A DNA stretch of 64,000 nt from Candidatus Chazhemtobacterium aquaticus (lineage in GTDB: Bacteria > Patescibacteriota > Microgenomatia > UBA1400 > Chazhemtobacteraceae). This document shows positions 60,130-64,000 of the stretch, one piece after another. The notes beneath the pieces are model-generated. The model made no database searches. It was given only the letters and a program-made list of their open reading frames with translations, and was not told the origin of the DNA. The number at the start of each line of letters is the position of its first letter. Position 1 is the first letter of the stretch. The translations under genes were made by a program, and so were the position numbers. The DNA lies in the NCBI RefSeq assembly GCF_009936135.1, contig NZ_CP047901.1, forward strand, positions 344,984 through 408,983, given 5' to 3'.

Positions 60130-61215
60130 ATGATTCCCAGTTCTCTCTCAGGCCTCAAAGATCGCATTTCAGCTCTTGAATCAAAACTCAATCTAGTCAG
60201 TCTCAAAAAAAACCTCGATCATCTACGACAACAATCAGCCGACCCAAACCTCTGGGATAATGAGCATGAAGCCAAAAAAGTACTCCAAGATCTCTCCTAC
60301 ACGGAAGCCGTAATTCAAGACCTATCTAAACTAAACCAAGAATTAAGCGAACTCATCGACCTAGCCACTCTCGCTCAGCAAGAAGACGACCCAGAAAGCA
60401 TCTCCCAAGACCTAAATCGATTATCCAAGCAACTTGAATCAAAGATAAAAAAACTTGAATTATCTACTTACCTATCCGGTAAACTTGATAGGGTTCCTGC
60501 AATACTCTCAGTTCATGCGGGGCAAGGCGGCACTGAAGCTCAAGACTGGGCATCAATGCTTCTTCGCATGTACACCCGCTTTCTTGAAAAAAAGAACTGG
60601 CCACACAAGTTAATTGATCAATCACCTGGCGAAGAAGCCGGCATCAAATCGGCCACCTTGGAAATCAATCAGCCTTACGCTTACGGATACCTTAGACACG
60701 AATCAGGAACACATCGTCTTGTTCGCCAAAGTCCATTCAACGCTGATAACTTACGTCAAACCTCATTTGCTAGCGTAGAGGTTTTACCCCTGGTTGACGA
60801 AGATATCGATATTGACATCAAAGATGATGATCTAGAGGTTGAGTTTTATCGATCTGGAGGTCCTGGAGGCCAAAATGTCAACAAAGTCAACACCGCCGTC
60901 CGTCTTAAACACAAGCCTACAGGCATCGTTGTTGGCTGCCAAACTCAGCGTTATCAAGAACAAAATCGCAAACTTGCCCTCCAGATGCTCAAGGCCAAGC
61001 TCTGGGAAATTGAAGAAGCAAAAAGGAACGCAGAGCTTAAAAAAATTAAAGGAGATTATCATGTCGCAGGATTTGGTCACTCTATCCGTTCCTACGTCCT
61101 TCACCCCTACAAGCAAGTAAAAGACGTACGTACCAACCATACCTCAACCGACCCAGACACCGTTCTCGATGGTGACATAGACGGCTTTATTGAAGCCGAA
61201 CTAACTCAACTTTAA
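60130..61215 (+). CDS. prfB: Peptide chain release factor 2, no programmed frameshift
   Basis: [17 protein letters not shown] (SPF), [14 protein letters not shown]. Confidence 0.95.
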   Translation: MIPSSLSGLKDRISALESKLNLVSLKKNLDHLRQQSADPNLWDNEHEAKKVLQDLSYTEAVIQDLSKLNQELSELIDLATLAQQEDDPESISQDLNRLSKQLESKIKKLELSTYLSGKLDRVPAILSVHAGQGGTEAQDWASMLLRMYTRFLEKKNWPHKLIDQSPGEEAGIKSATLEINQPYAYGYLRHESGTHRLVRQSPFNADNLRQTSFASVEVLPLVDEDIDIDIKDDDLEVEFYRSGGPGGQNVNKVNTAVRLKHKPTGIVVGCQTQRYQEQNRKLALQMLKAKLWEIEEAKRNAELKKIKGDYHVAGFGHSIRSYVLHPYKQVKDVRTNHTSTDPDTVLDGDIDGFIEAELTQL

Positions 61216-61272
61216 AAGCCTAATCACCACCAGCTTGTGATACACTTAAAACATTACTATCACAAGCTAGCT

Positions 61273-61797
61273 ATGGCCGAACTCAAAAAACTCAACCTAA
61301 CCCAATCAAACTCCTCAAATCCCACTTCTCCAACTACTTCACCCACATCTCCAGCCACACCCTCACTACCCACCTCTATCAAACAAAAAGGACCATTAAT
61401 TGTAGTTTTGGTCATTCTTGCTGGGGTAGCCTCTGGATACGCCCTTAGCCAATTTTTTCCAAAAACAACCTCCACCAGTACTTTATCCCCCGCTAGCCAA
61501 GCTGACATTTCAAATGTTAAACCTGGTGATACTTTTGGTGTCGAGTCTGATGCTTTCTCAGATACTGCCGATGGCATTCTTGAGAAAGGTGGCATCAACG
61601 GTGAGGGTAGTCACAAACTAATCCGTCCCGGAGGTGAATCTCAAACTGTTTATCTAACCTCTTCCGTAGTCGATCTTGACGAACTCGTCGGTCATAAGGT
61701 CACTGTTTGGGGTGAGACTTTTGATGCTCAAAAAGCTGGTTGGCTAATGGATGTAGGCCGGGTCAAAGTTCTCGAATTAAATGCCTCAACAGAATAA
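61273..61797 (+). CDS. Hypothetical single-TM protein with OB-fold-like C-terminus
   Basis: Ser/Thr/Pro linker, TM, GEGSHKL..VTVWG..WLMDV; start inferred. Confidence 0.65.
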   Translation: MAELKKLNLTQSNSSNPTSPTTSPTSPATPSLPTSIKQKGPLIVVLVILAGVASGYALSQFFPKTTSTSTLSPASQADISNVKPGDTFGVESDAFSDTADGILEKGGINGEGSHKLIRPGGESQTVYLTSSVVDLDELVGHKVTVWGETFDAQKAGWLMDVGRVKVLELNASTE

Positions 61798-61844
61798 TTA
61801 TCGATTGTCATACGTACCAACTTTAAGTTACACCATACTGCCCA

Positions 61845-62618
61845 ATGATCACTCTTGATCAAGTCACCAAAACATTTCTTACCGGCGAGACCGTACTTGA
61901 GGATGTCAATCTTGACATTAAACCAGGCGAATTTGTAGTTATCACCGGACCATCAGGATCTGGTAAGACCACTCTCCTTCGACTTATATACAAGGATCTT
62001 GACCCAACCAAAGGCACCATCACCATTAATGGTCAAGATATCACCAAACTATCCAAAAAAGCGATTCCTCAACTACGTCGTCACATCGGTTATGCTTTTC
62101 AAGACTTTAAGATTATTCCTGACCGCACTGTCTGGGAAAACATATCCCTAACTCTTGATATCTTAAGGATTGCTGACAAAGCTATTAATGATCGTGTTAA
62201 ACATCTTTTAGATCTTGTCGGTTTGCCAACTAAAGCACACCTTTTTCCAGGCCAACTATCAGGTGGAGAACTCCAACGCGTCTCGATTGCCAGAGCCATT
62301 GCTCACGAGCCGGATATCCTACTCGCAGACGAACCCACTGGCAATCTCGATCAAGAAGCTACTTACAAAATTGCCGAGCTACTCAAACAGATTAATAGTT
62401 TTGGTACCACTGTAATTCTGGCAACTCATGATCCGGGAGTGATTAAAAAAATCAATGCCAGATGCATTACCCTAGAAAACGGTAAGATTAAAAACGGATC
62501 AAGCAACAATCAGCCTTCAGTATCACCAAAGAAAGGCGACAAACAAAAGCACACAGATAAATCAACAGAAAACAAAAAAGATTCCCAAGAGAAATCAAAA
62601 TTAAAACAAGACAAATGA
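61845..62618 (+). CDS. ftsE: Cell division ATP-binding protein FtsE
   Basis: GPSGSGKT, LRRHIG.AFQDF, LSGGE, ADEPTGNLD; adjacent to ftsX. Confidence 0.9.
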   Translation: MITLDQVTKTFLTGETVLEDVNLDIKPGEFVVITGPSGSGKTTLLRLIYKDLDPTKGTITINGQDITKLSKKAIPQLRRHIGYAFQDFKIIPDRTVWENISLTLDILRIADKAINDRVKHLLDLVGLPTKAHLFPGQLSGGELQRVSIARAIAHEPDILLADEPTGNLDQEATYKIAELLKQINSFGTTVILATHDPGVIKKINARCITLENGKIKNGSSNNQPSVSPKKGDKQKHTDKSTENKKDSQEKSKLKQDK

Positions 62619-63526
62619 AAGTAATAAAAACCACTCTCCGACAGATCCGTCGCACCCCATATCAAGCCATCAGTGCAATCGCGGTTCTCACTGTAACATT
62701 TTTTGTTGGTACAATCTTTGCCCTAGTAGCATTTGGTTCACAAGTCATCTTGAAACACTTCGAAACGCGTCCTCAGGTCATTGCCTATCTTAAAGACGAG
62801 GTTACCCCAGAGATTTTAAACCCCCTCAAAAATCAGCTGGAATCTACCAATAAAACCGAGGAAGTTCGTTTCGTTTCCAAATCGGAAGCTCTGGCCATTT
62901 ACAAAGAAAGTGTTGGTGATGATCCACTGCTTCTAGGAACTATTACCGATCTATCTGCAGTTACAGCCGATATCCTCCCCGCATCATTAGAAATATCTGT
63001 CACCAACCCAGAGTACTTTCCTGAGATTGTCGAGATCTTAAAAAACTCTGATCTCGTAGACACTAACTCAAAGGGAGAAAAAGACATTGATTTTCCTCAG
63101 GATGTCGTTTCTGAACTTACAGCCTGGACAAAAGGTCTAAGGCTAGGAGGCCTTACTCTTATCATCGCTCTTTTATTTTCCTCGATTCTAACCATTACCA
63201 TCATCATCAGTATGAAAATCGGACACAGGCGCTTTGAAATCAGTACACTCAAATTGCTTGGCGCTAACAATAGCTATGTTGCCACCCCTTATATTCTCGA
63301 ATCCATTCTTTATTCATTTACTGGCGCCCTCTTTGGCTGGCTCTTCTCCTACATCGCTTTTCTTTATGCCACCCCATTTCTCGCACCAAGACTAGCCGGA
63401 ATTATCACTCTTCCCCCATCACCACTTTTTATGTTTGAAGTATTGATTGGAGCACTGCTCACCGCCCTGCTCCTGGGTCTTTTCTCTGGCTCACTAGCGG
63501 TCGGCCGCTTTTTATCTCGCCGATGA
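62615..63526 (+). CDS. ftsX: Cell division permease FtsX
   Basis: FVSKSEAL, LPASLEI, RRFEISTLKLLGA, PYILE. Confidence 0.9.
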   Translation: MKVIKTTLRQIRRTPYQAISAIAVLTVTFFVGTIFALVAFGSQVILKHFETRPQVIAYLKDEVTPEILNPLKNQLESTNKTEEVRFVSKSEALAIYKESVGDDPLLLGTITDLSAVTADILPASLEISVTNPEYFPEIVEILKNSDLVDTNSKGEKDIDFPQDVVSELTAWTKGLRLGGLTLIIALLFSSILTITIIISMKIGHRRFEISTLKLLGANNSYVATPYILESILYSFTGALFGWLFSYIAFLYATPFLAPRLAGIITLPPSPLFMFEVLIGALLTALLLGLFSGSLAVGRFLSRR

Positions 63527-64000
63527 AAAAAGTATTCCTCTCTTTATTTATAGTTGTTTATCTTGCTTTATCGCACCATTCTGTTACCACCGCGATCGAT
63601 TGTGACGGAAATCTTCCAGATGATGAAGCGCAACTCAAGGAATATATAGCTGCTTGCGAGACTAAGGTAAGTGAACTTCGCACCGAGAAGCAATCTCTCA
63701 CCGCCGCCATCAGCCTTTTAAACTCAAAGATAAATTTAACCCAAGCGCAAATTCGCAATACCAATGCCCAAATCTCACAACTCACTGAAGAAATCGGGAC
63801 GTTAAGTGTCGTCATTGACGATCTAAACAACGAGCTCGATGCCCTAACTAAGGTATATCTTTCTCGAGTTCGAGAGGCATATAAAAACCGACACACCAAC
63901 ATCGCACTCTCTCTACTGTCTGACTCAGAACAAAACTTTCAGTCAAGGCTTAAATATCTGGAGACCACTCATAAACGTGACCAGATTATCATGCACGAAC
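63523..64000 (+). CDS. Secreted coiled-coil protein (PcsB/CwlO/EnvC-like N-terminus), truncated by window end
   Basis: Read manually: MKKVFLSLFIVV signal, long heptad region, RVREAYK; ATGA overlap with ftsX. Confidence 0.75.
   Translation, partial: MKKVFLSLFIVVYLALSHHSVTTAIDCDGNLPDDEAQLKEYIAACETKVSELRTEKQSLTAAISLLNSKINLTQAQIRNTNAQISQLTEEIGTLSVVIDDLNNELDALTKVYLSRVREAYKNRHTNIALSLLSDSEQNFQSRLKYLETTHKRDQIIMHE

Noticed and set aside
63558-63902. 114-aa minus-strand ORF at the window end
   Set aside because: Antisense to the coiled-coil gene starting at 63523, which is coupled to ftsX
1-64000. CRISPR array, rRNA, transposase, integrase or prophage genes
   Set aside because: No spaced direct repeats or diagnostic motifs seen

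Overview
64 kb of a small, gene-dense bacterial chromosome. Gene content, domain-stripped enzymes, tRNAs without encoded CCA and extreme strand bias (+ strand C-rich, G-poor) point to a Patescibacteria/CPR genome, probably Microgenomates-like; this taxonomy is inferred, not verified. Housekeeping genes (rel, aspS, gltX, rarA, lon, lgt, proS, greA, serS, secA, dinB, nfo, prfB, ftsEX, tRNA-Gln, tRNA-Glu) alternate with accessory modules. (1) A GC-rich two-gene cassette (15.5-17.6 kb) encodes a 32-proline secreted protein with an APPTG-TM-RR tail and a probable highly divergent sortase, with matching promoters and an identical 9-mer at the predicted transcript starts; this is my best candidate for an undescribed system. 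(2) A roughly 10-gene copper/thiol-redox cluster sits under an ArsR-YHS regulator with a palindromic operator. (3) There is an RnfD-like / FMN-bind / ApbE flavinylation module. (4) A decayed defence islet after secA holds an RM-specificity remnant, a HEPN-motif protein and an orphan receiver domain. (5) A shared direct-repeat box lies upstream of rarA and the dinB operon (candidate SOS operator). Many genes appear leaderless, and two disrupted genes are present. All calls come from motif recognition; no database searches were run.
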